From an uncultured Clostridia bacterium (lineage in GTDB: Bacteria > Bacillota > Clostridia > Oscillospirales > Oscillospiraceae), in assembly GCA_945836055.1 (NCBI GenBank), contig CAMAKJ010000001.1, positions 1 to 51,129 of the forward strand: a stretch of 51,129 nucleotides of DNA, given 5' to 3'. The position numbers were made by a program, and so were the translations under genes. Shown here piece after piece: positions 8,152-17,558 of the stretch (the first letter of the stretch is position 1; every line of letters starts with the position of its first letter). The notes under the pieces are model-generated. The model did not search any database. It was given only the letters and a program-made list of their open reading frames with translations, and was not told the DNA's origin.

Positions 8152-10485
8152 ATGAATAACAACTGTCAGAATATCCTGAAATGGACCGAAGCACAGCTGA
8201 AGTACACATACGACGTTTCGTTGCAGCAGGCAACGCCCCAGGAGCTGCATGAGGCTCTGGGCCAGGCCGTTATGATGGCCATTTCCGACGACTGGAGCCG
8301 TTCCAAGAGAACCCGTATGCCCAACCGCAAAGCCTACTACATCTCTGCCGAGTACCTGATCGGCCGGCTGGTATATTCCAACCTGTTTAATCTGGGCATC
8401 CTGGACGAGATGAAGGAGCTGTTTGCCCAGCGGGGCGTGGACCTGGCGGTTCTCGAGGATATCGAGGATGATGCCCTGGGCAACGGCGGCTTGGGCCGTC
8501 TGGCTGCCTGCTTCCTGGACAGCGCCGCTTCCACCAACATCCCCTTGTCCGGCTACGGCCTGCGCTACAAGTTCGGCCTGTTCAAGCAGAGCTTTGACGC
8601 CGAGGGCAATCAGGTTGAAAACGCCGATGACTGGACGAAGTTCGGCGATCCCTGGTCCTTCCGCCGCTACAACCACACCGTAAAGGTCAAGTTCCCCGAT
8701 CACACCGTCCTGGCCGTTCCCTATGACGTGCCCATCATCGGCTACGGCACCAGCAACGTCGGCACCCTGCGCCTGTGGCAGTGCGAGGCCGAGGAGGAGC
8801 TGGACTTCAACGCCTTCAACAACCAGGATTACCTCCGGGCGCTGGATGCCAAGAACAAGGCTGAGGACATCACCCGGGTGCTGTACCCCAACGACTCCAC
8901 CTGGGAGGGCAAGCGCCTGCGCATCAAGCAGCAGTACGTGCTGTCCTCCGCGTCCCTGCAGGATATGCTGCGCACCTATAAAATCGCCCACGGCAGCGAT
9001 CTGAGCCGTTTTGCCGAGTTCTACGCCGTGCAGCTCAACGACACCCATCCCGCCATGTCCATCCCCGAGCTGATCCGTCTGCTGATGGCTGAGGGCATGA
9101 GCTTTGACGATGCCTTCAATGTGGCCCAGAAGACCTTCTCCTACACCAACCACACCGTCATGGGTGAGGCCCTGGAGAAGTGGCCCCTGGATCTGATGCG
9201 AAGTGTGGTGCCCGAAATCGTGGACATCATCTGCCGCATCGATCAGAAGCTCAAATGGGAGCATCCCGGGCTGTTCATTGTCAAGGACAATACCGCCCAT
9301 ATGGCGAACCTGTCCATCTACGTCGGCTCCTACATCAACGGCGTGGCGGAGATTCACTCCCAGATCCTGAAGGACGACTGCTTCAAGGACTGGTACTATG
9401 CCTTCCCCGAGCGCTTCCAGAATAAGACCAACGGCATTACCCCCCGCCGCTGGCTGGGCCTGTGCAACCCCGAGCTTACCGGCATGATCCGGGAGAAGGT
9501 CGGCGGCGACTTCCTGAAGGACCTGGAGCTGATCGGCGGCCTGAAGAATCAGATTACCGACGAGACCGTGGCGGAATTCAACGCCATCAAGCGTGTGAAG
9601 AAGGAGCAGCTTTGCGCCGTTGTCGCAAAGCACGAGGGCGTGACCCTGAACCCCGACTTCATCTTTGATGTTCAGGTCAAGCGCCTGCACGAGTATAAGC
9701 GGCAGCTTCTCAACATCCTGTCCGTTGTGGATATCTATTTCCGCCTGAAGGAAGGCCGTCTGCCGGACTTCCAGCCCACGGTTTACCTCTTCGGTGCCAA
9801 GTCCGCCCCCGGCTACGCCCGGGCCAAAGCCATCATCCGCTACATCAACCGTGTGGCGAAGATGATCAACAACGACCCCGCCGTCGCCGATAAGCTGAAG
9901 GTGGTCTTTGTTCAGAACTACAACTGCTCCTACGCCGAGCACATCATCCCCGCTGCCGACATTTCCGAGCAGATTTCCCCTGCCGGCACCGAGGCCTCCG
10001 GCACCGGCAACATGAAGCTGATGCTCAACGGCGCTGTGACCCTGGGCACCCTGGACGGCGCCAACGTGGAAATCGCCCAGGAGGCCGGACTGGAGAACGA
10101 GTATATCTTCGGCCACACCGTGGAGCAGATCAACGCCGTGAAGGATTCCTACCGTTCCCGGGACATCTACGACGCCAACGCGGATCTCCGCCGGGCGATC
10201 AACACCCTGGTGGACGGTACCGTTCCCACGGACGATGCCCAGCGGGAGCTGTTCCATGCTCTGCTGGACGGCAGCAGCTGGCACAAGGCCGACCATTACT
10301 TCCTGCTGCTGGACTACGCTTCCTATTTCGACACCAAGCTCCGTGCCAACCGGGACTATGCCGACCGCATGGCCTTTGGCCGCAAGTGCCTGATGAACGT
10401 GGCCTCCGCCGCCAAGTTCTCCTCTGACCGGACCATCCGTCAGTACGCCGAGGAAATCTGGCACATCACCCCCACCCAGTATTGA
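8152..10485 (+). CDS. glgP: Glycogen/maltodextrin phosphorylase
   Basis: LGNGGLGRLAACFLDS, QLNDTHP, NKTNGITPRRW, KRLHEYKRQ, PLP-lysine motif EASGTGNMKLMLNG, FSSDRTI. Confidence 0.97.
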   Translation: MNNNCQNILKWTEAQLKYTYDVSLQQATPQELHEALGQAVMMAISDDWSRSKRTRMPNRKAYYISAEYLIGRLVYSNLFNLGILDEMKELFAQRGVDLAVLEDIEDDALGNGGLGRLAACFLDSAASTNIPLSGYGLRYKFGLFKQSFDAEGNQVENADDWTKFGDPWSFRRYNHTVKVKFPDHTVLAVPYDVPIIGYGTSNVGTLRLWQCEAEEELDFNAFNNQDYLRALDAKNKAEDITRVLYPNDSTWEGKRLRIKQQYVLSSASLQDMLRTYKIAHGSDLSRFAEFYAVQLNDTHPAMSIPELIRLLMAEGMSFDDAFNVAQKTFSYTNHTVMGEALEKWPLDLMRSVVPEIVDIICRIDQKLKWEHPGLFIVKDNTAHMANLSIYVGSYINGVAEIHSQILKDDCFKDWYYAFPERFQNKTNGITPRRWLGLCNPELTGMIREKVGGDFLKDLELIGGLKNQITDETVAEFNAIKRVKKEQLCAVVAKHEGVTLNPDFIFDVQVKRLHEYKRQLLNILSVVDIYFRLKEGRLPDFQPTVYLFGAKSAPGYARAKAIIRYINRVAKMINNDPAVADKLKVVFVQNYNCSYAEHIIPAADISEQISPAGTEASGTGNMKLMLNGAVTLGTLDGANVEIAQEAGLENEYIFGHTVEQINAVKDSYRSRDIYDANADLRRAINTLVDGTVPTDDAQRELFHALLDGSSWHKADHYFLLLDYASYFDTKLRANRDYADRMAFGRKCLMNVASAAKFSSDRTIRQYAEEIWHITPTQY

Positions 10486-10491
10486 TTGTTT

Positions 10492-10530
10492 CAAAAATCG
10501 CCCGGTTCCGAAAGGAACCGGGCGATTTTG
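10492..10530. terminator. Bidirectional terminator between glgP and degV
   Basis: aaaatcgcccggttcc-gaaa-ggaaccgggcgatttt. Confidence 0.9.
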
Positions 10531-10545
10531 CGTCTGAAGCAGGGG

Positions 10546-11391
10546 TTATTTCGCGGCGAAGAACGCCACGGCCACGGCACCGGGGCCGACATGGGTTCCG
10601 ACGACGCTGCCCACAATGGTGCTGGGCAGGGCGTCCAGACTGTTCTCCCACAGAGCGGCGCTGTCGGTGATGTATTTGCGCAGCATGGCGTCGCTCAGGC
10701 CGGTGTAGCCCAGCAGAACGGGCTTTTCGAAGTCCACGCCGCCGGCCTTCTGAATCTCCTGTACCAGCAGGTTGTTCGCCTGCTTGGAGCCCCGGGCCTT
10801 GCCCAGCATCTTCACTTCCCCGTCTTCGACGGTGATGACGGGCTTGATATTCAGCAGTCCTCCGGCGAAGGCCACGGTCGCGGAAATCCGGCCGCCCTTT
10901 TTCAGGTACTCCAGGGTATCCACCATGGCGAGAATGCGCACCTTTTCCCGCTTACCCAACAGATTCAGGGCAATTTCCTCGGCGTTCATGCCCCGGTCAA
11001 CCAGCTCCAGAGCGTACTGAGCCAGGACGCCGGTGCCGATGGTGGCGGATTTGCTGTCTACCACAAAGACCTTCCCCGGATACGCCTGGGCGGCGATGAC
11101 GGCGCTCTGATAGGTACCGGAGAGCTTGGAAGCGATGGTGATGCAAACAACGCTGTCCCCGGCGTCGACGGCTTCGCCGAACACCTGCTCAAAGGCAAAG
11201 GGGGTGGGCTGGCTGGTGGTGGGCAGGGTGTCGCTCTCCACCAGCATTTCGTAAAACCGCTGGGCGTCAATGTCCACGCCGGAAACGTACTCTTTCTCTC
11301 CAAAGTGGATGGTAAGGGGAACAATCCCCACCTTCTTTTCCAGGCCGGGGGCCATGTCCACTGTGGAATCTACGATAATTCTTACGCTCAT
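10546..11391 (-). CDS. DegV/FakB family fatty-acid-binding protein
   Basis: IIVDSTVD, PTTSQP, SKLSGTYQSA, YLKKGGRI, LNIKP, VGTHVGPG; start MSVRII overlaps the marR stop. Confidence 0.95.
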   Translation of the reverse strand: MSVRIIVDSTVDMAPGLEKKVGIVPLTIHFGEKEYVSGVDIDAQRFYEMLVESDTLPTTSQPTPFAFEQVFGEAVDAGDSVVCITIASKLSGTYQSAVIAAQAYPGKVFVVDSKSATIGTGVLAQYALELVDRGMNAEEIALNLLGKREKVRILAMVDTLEYLKKGGRISATVAFAGGLLNIKPVITVEDGEVKMLGKARGSKQANNLLVQEIQKAGGVDFEKPVLLGYTGLSDAMLRKYITDSAALWENSLDALPSTIVGSVVGTHVGPGAVAVAFFAAK

Positions 11392-11852
11392 GTTGTTTCT
11401 CCTTCTTTCAGTCCGTTTTTGCATATGGTGTGCAGGTTACCGGCAATCAGAGCCAGCACCCGGTAGAAAACCTCGCGCTGGTCGTCCTCCAGACCGGCGC
11501 CAGCCTGCTCCACGGCCAGCTGAGCCCGGCGGCAGACGGCATCCGCGGCGGCTTTTCCCTGCTGTGTCAGGGTCAGCATCGCCCGATAGCGCACACCTCC
11601 CGGCATGTCCCGCTGAATCATCCCGGCGTGTTCCAGCTCGGAAAGGGTGCGGGAAACGGCGGCCTTGTCCTTTTCGCAGATTTCGCACAGCTGGGAGGCA
11701 GTGATACCGGCGGGGCAGCGGCTCATGGCCAGCAGGCACTGGGCGTGGGGGCCCTTCAGGCCGTATTTTGCCATCTCCACCCGCTCAATCTTCTGAATGT
11801 CGTGGTAAATGCAGGATACGGAAGTGGCGAACAATTCATATCTGCTTTGCAA
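11388..11852 (-). CDS. MarR family transcriptional regulator
   Basis: wHTH ITASQLCEICEKDKAAVSRTLSELE...LTQQG; TTG start after AGGAGG. Confidence 0.88.
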   Translation of the reverse strand: MQSRYELFATSVSCIYHDIQKIERVEMAKYGLKGPHAQCLLAMSRCPAGITASQLCEICEKDKAAVSRTLSELEHAGMIQRDMPGGVRYRAMLTLTQQGKAAADAVCRRAQLAVEQAGAGLEDDQREVFYRVLALIAGNLHTICKNGLKEGETT

Positions 11853-11869
11853 ACCGATTCCTCCTGGTA

Positions 11870-11916
11870 GTTGAGATGTCAACAAGTATACCACATGATT
11901 GTTGACATGTCAACAA
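11870..11916 (-). promoter_or_regulatory. Sigma-A promoter with two overlapping palindromic MarR operators
   Basis: Minus strand TTGACA(11913-11908)-17 nt-TATACT(11890-11885); perfect palindrome TTGTTGACATGTCAACAA at 11899-11916 and GTTGAGATGTCAAC at 11870-11883. Confidence 0.85.
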
Positions 11917-11960
11917 AAAGAAGAGCAGCCTCCCAACCGCAATTCCGGAGACTGCCGATA

Positions 11961-13316
11961 TTAAGCCGCTTGCTTTTCCTGTTTCCGGATCACGACGATA
12001 AACGCCGCAAGCTGAAACAGAAAAGTTACCAGCCAGGAAACGGTATAGGAGAAGAAGAGACACTGGGGCGTGTGGAACTTGGGAACCTGGAATATGGTAA
12101 AGATCCAGAAGATGCGAAGCCCGCATACGCCCAGAACGGAAATCACCATTGGGACGAAGGAAGCGCCCATACCCCGCAGAACGCCGGTGGTCACGTCCAT
12201 CAGGCCGCACAGGAAGTAGGGCAGGCAGATGTAGCCCATCCGGATCATGCCGTAGGATATGGCCTCCGGAGAATCGGTGATGTAAATAGAGAGCAGTTTT
12301 GGGCCGAACAGATAGGCCGCAGAACCCAGGGTCAGCCCCACCACGGTGACACAGCCCAGGCAGATCCACAGGGTTCTGTAAACCCGGTGGAACTGCCGCG
12401 CACCGACATTCTGTCCGGTGAAATTCACCGCCGTCTGGTGGAAGGCGTTCAGGCAGACATAGACGAAGCCCTCAATGTTGGCGGAGGCGGCGCTGCCGGA
12501 CATGAACACGTCGCCGAAGGAGTTTACAGACGACTGAATCAGTACGTTGGAGATGGAAAACAGGGAGCCTTGGATGCCGGCGGGCAGGCCGATGCGGAGG
12601 ATTTTCACCAGCTGGGCCTTGTAAATACGCATTTTCCGAAGCTCCAGACGGCAGGCGTCCTTCCGGCGCATAAGGGCGATGATTACAAGGACGGCGGACA
12701 GGCCCTGGGAAAGGATGGTGGCCAGAGCCACGCCGGCTACATTCATGTGAAACTGGGTGACAAAGATCACGTTGAGAATCACGTTCAGCGTGCCCGCGAA
12801 CAGCAGGAAAATCAGAGGGCTTTTGGTGTCCCCGGCGGCCCGGAGAATGGCGGCGCAGAAATTATACACCATGTTGAAGGTGATGCCCGCGAAAATAATC
12901 CGCATGTATACGGCGGACAGCGGCAATACGCTGTCAGGCGTTCCCATCCAGGCGAGGAAGGTTTCGGAGAAACAGATTCCGAACACCGTCAAAAATACGC
13001 CGCTGAGCAGCGCCGTGGGCAGGGCGGTATGCACGGTACAGTGGACAACCTGATCCTCCCGGCTGCCGAGACCGTGGGCCACGGTCACGCCCGCACCAAC
13101 GGACAGGCCGATGAAGAAGTTGATCATCAGATTGGTAATAGCGCCGGTGGCGCCTACGGCTGCGACGGACACGCTGCCGCAGAACCGCCCGACCACCACC
13201 AGGTCTGCCGCGTTGAACAGCAGCTGCAATAAACTTGTCAGGACGATGGGGACAGTATACCGGATAATGTTCAGAAACAGCGGCCCTTCCAGCATGGTTT
13301 TGTTTTGCTGATTCAA
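11961..13316 (-). CDS. MATE family efflux transporter
   Basis: LQLLFNAADLVVVGRF, ILRAAGDTKSPL, GVALAT, GQNVGA, ~12 TM segments. Start uncertain (TTG 13316 fits the SD; GTG 13325 is an alternative). Confidence 0.92.
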   Translation of the reverse strand: MNQQNKTMLEGPLFLNIIRYTVPIVLTSLLQLLFNAADLVVVGRFCGSVSVAAVGATGAITNLMINFFIGLSVGAGVTVAHGLGSREDQVVHCTVHTALPTALLSGVFLTVFGICFSETFLAWMGTPDSVLPLSAVYMRIIFAGITFNMVYNFCAAILRAAGDTKSPLIFLLFAGTLNVILNVIFVTQFHMNVAGVALATILSQGLSAVLVIIALMRRKDACRLELRKMRIYKAQLVKILRIGLPAGIQGSLFSISNVLIQSSVNSFGDVFMSGSAASANIEGFVYVCLNAFHQTAVNFTGQNVGARQFHRVYRTLWICLGCVTVVGLTLGSAAYLFGPKLLSIYITDSPEAISYGMIRMGYICLPYFLCGLMDVTTGVLRGMGASFVPMVISVLGVCGLRIFWIFTIFQVPKFHTPQCLFFSYTVSWLVTFLFQLAAFIVVIRKQEKQAA

Positions 13317-13452
13317 AATTAGCACCCTCTTTTTTTGCTGGTGAAATATTCTTTGGCAGCTCCCATTGTGCAGTTGCCCATATTATCGGGTAACGATTCA
13401 GCAGCGGCAAAGAATTTTGCGAAATGATTGTTTGTCAAAATGACGGACCCAC

Positions 13453-13600
13453 CGCGTAGGGGCGACCCTTGCGGTCGCCTGGCAGGGAATCGTAGGGTTG
13501 TTCGGCAGCGTTGGGCGAATTCGTGTGCAGGGAAGTCCTCGGCAAACGGACAAATCCGGTGCCTCCGGCAACGGGCGACCGCAAGGGTCGCCCCTACGCG
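13453..13600. repeat. REPIN-like element: inverted pair of GTAG-type REP palindromes
   Basis: 27-bp perfect inverted repeat cgcGTAGgggcgacccttgcggtcgcc at 13453-13479 and 13574-13600, each internally palindromic. Confidence 0.85.
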
Positions 13601-13681
13601 AATTGTTGCGCTATACGATCATTTCTATGAGAAACTCGGGGTACGACTGAATCGACACATTTCAGACAGATTCCGGGGATG

Positions 13682-14857
13682 TCAGCTGTTGAAGGCGACG
13701 GGATCGAAGGTGATGACCGTGTGGTATGTCTTGCACTCCCGGGCGCACAGGGCCTCATCCAGCCTGCGCTGGATGTCCTGCTTCGGCAGCCTGATGTCTG
13801 CGGGAAGGGCAACGTCAAAGATCAGGTTGGTATGTCCGTCCCCGGGCACCATGCGGAAATCGTGGGTTTTCAGCCGGGAGTCCATGCCGGTAAGAATTTC
13901 GTCCACGAGATTGTGCAGCCGGGTCAGCTCCGGGTCGTCGGTGACCACGGGGTCGTAGTGAATGACCAGATGGATATTGTGGCTTTCCAGGCATTCCCGC
14001 TCCATGTCGTCGATGAGCTCGTGGCACTGGAGAGGGTCCTCGCTGCGGTCCATCTCCACATGAATGGAGGCAAAGCGCTGCCCGGGGCCGTAGTCATGTA
14101 CCATCAGGTCGTGGTAGCCCAGAACCTTGGGTTGGGCGCTGATATAATCCACGATCAGCGCCTGCAGCTCCGGGGACGCAGCCTCGCCCAGCAGGGGGCT
14201 GATGGTCTCCTTCGCCAGATTGGCGCCGCTGTACAGGATGAACAGCGACACGGCAAGACCCATGAAGCCGTCGATGGCGACGCCGGAGACGGCCTCGATG
14301 ACGGCGGCCAGGAGCACCGCAGAGGTGGTGATCACGTCGTTGCGGCTGTCGGTGGCGGTGGCCATCAGGGTTGTAGAGTTGATTTTCTTTCCCAGCCCCC
14401 GGTTGAACAGGCACATCCACAGCTTGACGGCGATGGACAGCACCAGCACCAGGGTCAGGGCGGCGGAGAATTCCACACTGGCCGGGGAGATGATTTTCTC
14501 CACGGAGGATTTGGCCAGTTCAAAGCCGATAATGACAATCATGGCGGACACCACCAGGCCGGACAGATACTCAAACCGGGCGTGGCCGTAGGGATGCTCC
14601 GCGTCGGCGGGCTGCTCCGCCAGCTTGAAGCCAACCAGGGTGACGATGGAGCTGGTGGCGTCGGACAGGTTGTTCATGGCGTCGGCGGTGATGGACACCG
14701 AGCCGGACAGGGTGCCGATAATGATCTTCCCCAGAAACAGCAGAAAATTACAGATAATCCCAACAATTCCGGACAAAGTGCCGAAGGCGGCGCGTACCTT
14801 GGGGTCGCCCACCTGGTCGGAATTTTTGACAAACAGACGCAGCAATAACCGTGTCAT
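13682..14857 (-). CDS. Cation diffusion facilitator (FieF-like) transporter
   Basis: SITADAMNNLSD, PADAEHPYGHARFEY, DSRNDV, HDLMVHDYGPG; duplicated C-terminal domain. Confidence 0.93.
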   Translation of the reverse strand: MTRLLLRLFVKNSDQVGDPKVRAAFGTLSGIVGIICNFLLFLGKIIIGTLSGSVSITADAMNNLSDATSSIVTLVGFKLAEQPADAEHPYGHARFEYLSGLVVSAMIVIIGFELAKSSVEKIISPASVEFSAALTLVLVLSIAVKLWMCLFNRGLGKKINSTTLMATATDSRNDVITTSAVLLAAVIEAVSGVAIDGFMGLAVSLFILYSGANLAKETISPLLGEAASPELQALIVDYISAQPKVLGYHDLMVHDYGPGQRFASIHVEMDRSEDPLQCHELIDDMERECLESHNIHLVIHYDPVVTDDPELTRLHNLVDEILTGMDSRLKTHDFRMVPGDGHTNLIFDVALPADIRLPKQDIQRRLDEALCARECKTYHTVITFDPVAFNS

Positions 14858-14968
14858 GCAATGACCTCCTTTTCATATCCGTTCATTGTAGCACAGATTT
14901 TGGAAAAAGGAAAGGAAAATTTCAAACCGGAAGGTTGAAAACCGCGCGATACGTTTCCATTGAAAAGG

Positions 14969-15005
14969 AAAACTCCCGGATACCGCCGAAGCGGTATCCG
15001 GGAGA
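14969..15005 (-). terminator. Terminator after cstA
   Basis: ctcccggataccgc-cgaa-gcggtatccgggag with an A-run on the left (U-tract on minus); lies just past the restored stop at 15020. Confidence 0.85.
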
Positions 15006-15019
15006 GGGAAAACCAATGC

Positions 15020-16743
15020 TTAAGCGTTTGCCTTGGCCTTCTTGTAATCCTTGACGATGGTGGTCACGCCTTCCACGGCCAGAACCAGCGCCAGGACGAT
15101 CAGCAGAACGCCCAGCACACCTGTGCCCAGGGGCCCCAGTCGGCGCCGCCGGCGAGGATGTTGCCGATCTGCGCCTTGGTGTTGATGAACAGGGAAGCGA
15201 TGGTCACGCAGAGCATGAACGCCATGGGAATCAGGAACATCTTATTGTCCTTGCCGATGTTGCTCAGCCAGGTGGCAACCGCCAGCAGGCCCAGAGCGGC
15301 CAGCAGCTGGTTGGCGGAGCCGAACAGCGCCCAGATCTTGCCGTAGCCGTTCATGCCCAGCAGAATGCCCAGCACCACGGTGATGATGGTGGCAACGTAG
15401 GGGTTGGACAGAACCTTCTTGTAGCCGGTGACGTTGTCGGGAGTTTCACCCTTGGAGCCGTCCAGCCAGAACTCCTGGAACATGAACCGGGCCAGACGGG
15501 TGGCGGTGTCCAGGGAGGTCAGGCAGAAAGCGGAGTAGGTCAGAACCAGCAGGGTGTACAGAATCTCGTAGACGGAGCCGCGGCTGGGATCGATCATACC
15601 GGCGATGCCGCCGCCAAAGATGGCGGTTGCGCCCTTCAGAGCCATATCGGGGTTGGCCTTGTTCCAGCTGAAGGCGTAAGCGGTGGCAACCAGAGTCAGG
15701 ATGGCCAGAACGCACTCCAGCAGCATACCGCCGTAGGCGATGGGCTTGGCGTCGGTTTCCTTATCCAGCTGCTTGGAGGTGGTGCCGGAGGACACGAGAG
15801 AATGGAAGCCGGAGATAGCGCCGCAGGCGATGGTGGTGAACAGAACGGGGAACACGGGGGTGGGGTTGCCCGGGGTGTTCAGGACAGGCAGGCTGTCCAT
15901 GGAGGGATGGCCTACCACAACGGCAACGGCAGCCAGCGCCAGCATGGCGTACAGCAGGAAAGAGGACAAATAGTCTCTGGGCTGCAGCAGAATCCACACG
16001 GGAGCGACGGAGGCGACGAGAATGTACGCGCCCACAATCCACATCCAGGTGCTGGAGGACAGGTAGATGGGATGGAAGTTCATGCCGATGGCGATGATGG
16101 CGACGATTGCCAGTACGCCGATGCCGGAGGCTACGCCCATGGGGACGTTGCGGCGGTACACGCAGAAGCCGAACACAATCGCGATGATGATGAACAGCAG
16201 GGAAACCATAGCGACCCGGGCGTTGTTCAGGGAAGCGGCCTTATCCACAACGCCGTCCACGACGGTCGCGCCGAAGGTGCCGGCGACGATGGAGGCAAAG
16301 GCTGCCACGACCAGAATCAGGGTCAGGTAGGAGAAGATAATGAACAGGCGCTTGGCGCGCTTGGACATGTTGACGGAGATGATTTCGCCGATGGACTTGC
16401 CGCCGTGCCGCAGAGAGGCGAACAGGGCGCCAAAGTCATGGACGCCGCCGAAGAAAATACCGCCGATGAGAATCCACAGAGCGCAGGCGCCCCAGCCAAA
16501 GCCCATCGTAACGGCGGTGATGGGGCCGGTAATGGGGCCGGCGCCGGCGATGGAGGAGAAATGATGGCCCATCAGTACGGGGGCCTTCGCGGGGACGTAG
16601 TCAACGCCGTCCTCCATGGTATGAGCGGGGGTGGGTTCCTTGGCTTCGCCGACGCCCCACTTCTTGCACAGGTAACGACCGTAGAAGACGTAGCCGCAAA
16701 GCAGGATGGCGATGCTGAGGATGAGAAGTACGAGTCCGTTCAT
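15020..16743 (-). CDS. cstA: Carbon starvation protein CstA (peptide/pyruvate transporter family) with an apparent 1-nt frameshift near 15116-15120
   Basis: TPAHTMEDGVDYVP, GHHFSSIAGAGPI, GGVHDF, ILLQPRDYL, TIACGAISGFHS, FGSANQLLA. As given the ORF stops at 15100; the shifted frame continues VLGVLLIVLALVLAVEGVTTIVKDYKKAKANA* to 15020. Confidence 0.9.
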
Positions 16744-16747
16744 GAGG

Positions 16748-17284
16748 TTATTTTGCTCCCTTCTTTTTCTTTTCCTGGGGTGCGAAATTGCGCTCCAGAT
16801 TTTTCCGTGCTTCCTTCCCGGCCGGATTGGACAGGAAGCTGTTGCTGCTGCATTCCATAGCTGCCAGGTGATACTCCATCCAGCCGTGGAGTGTCAGAAG
16901 GTAGTTCTTCCGGTAGCGGGTGTGCCTGACCAGTTGCTTCGCTTCCGGATCGATGGTGTTCGCCAGCACCACCAGCGTCACGTAAGAGCACATATGGGTC
17001 TTACTGGGCTTGACGTTGGACAGACCGAGCTGCTGTGACAGCGCAATCTGTTTGCGCAAAGTTGGAACATCCAAGTGGTCACAAAGAAAGAAATACACGT
17101 ATTCATACTGCTCCACCGTGGACAAAACGTGCTGCTTGGAAATCAGGTAATTGTCGTCCCGGAGATAATAGGTTGCCGTGGCGGGAAACGTGTCATCGCC
17201 TGTTTCCTCACTGCGGGAAATGTCGTAGCAGTGGGAATAAGCGTCCAGCAGCTTGTTCAGTCTCTGTGTCAGTGTCAGTTCCAT
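16748..17284 (-). CDS. Hypothetical protein co-transcribed with cstA
   Basis: 178-aa ORF with GAAAGGA SD, ending 4 nt before the cstA start. Confidence 0.75.
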   Translation of the reverse strand: MELTLTQRLNKLLDAYSHCYDISRSEETGDDTFPATATYYLRDDNYLISKQHVLSTVEQYEYVYFFLCDHLDVPTLRKQIALSQQLGLSNVKPSKTHMCSYVTLVVLANTIDPEAKQLVRHTRYRKNYLLTLHGWMEYHLAAMECSSNSFLSNPAGKEARKNLERNFAPQEKKKKGAK

Positions 17285-17338
17285 AGCGGTATCCTTTCCC
17301 TTGGGTGGCCGTCTGCGGATGGGTGTCAGAACGCCATG

Positions 17339-17367
17339 ATTATACACAATGTTTGTGCTTCTGTGAA
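17339..17367 (-). promoter_or_regulatory. Sigma-A promoter of the hypothetical-cstA operon
   Basis: Minus strand TTCACA-17 nt-TATAAT. Confidence 0.65.
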
Positions 17368-17517
17368 GTACAAATGTCGCTGAGCTGAACAATTCGTAGG
17401 AAATGACAGTTTTTTGGTCATACTCTGTTCACATTTGGGCATTTTGCGGGAAGGGAAGGCCAAAGCCGTTTGTCCCTGCTCATCCATGGCGGACGCAGGC
17501 GGAAAACGGCGAATATT

Positions 17518-17547
17518 GAACGCCCCCTCGGAAATGAGGGGGCGTTC
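17518..17547 (-). terminator. Hairpin/terminator after the Na/Pi cotransporter
   Basis: gaacgccccctc-ggaaat-gagggggcgttc; weak U-tract. Confidence 0.65.
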
Positions 17548-17558
17548 TAAAGAGACTG

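Noticed and set aside
8122-10494. Long antisense ORFs (also 3188-5014, 6458-7726, 17643-19376, 30784-33087, 39834-41255, 45588-47732)
   Set aside because: They mirror well-identified genes on the opposite strand, have no recognisable motifs or SD, and are expected from strong GC3 codon bias.
17368-17460. LytTR-type direct repeats upstream of the cstA operon
   Set aside because: CATTT-like words occur but not at a convincing 21-22 bp period.
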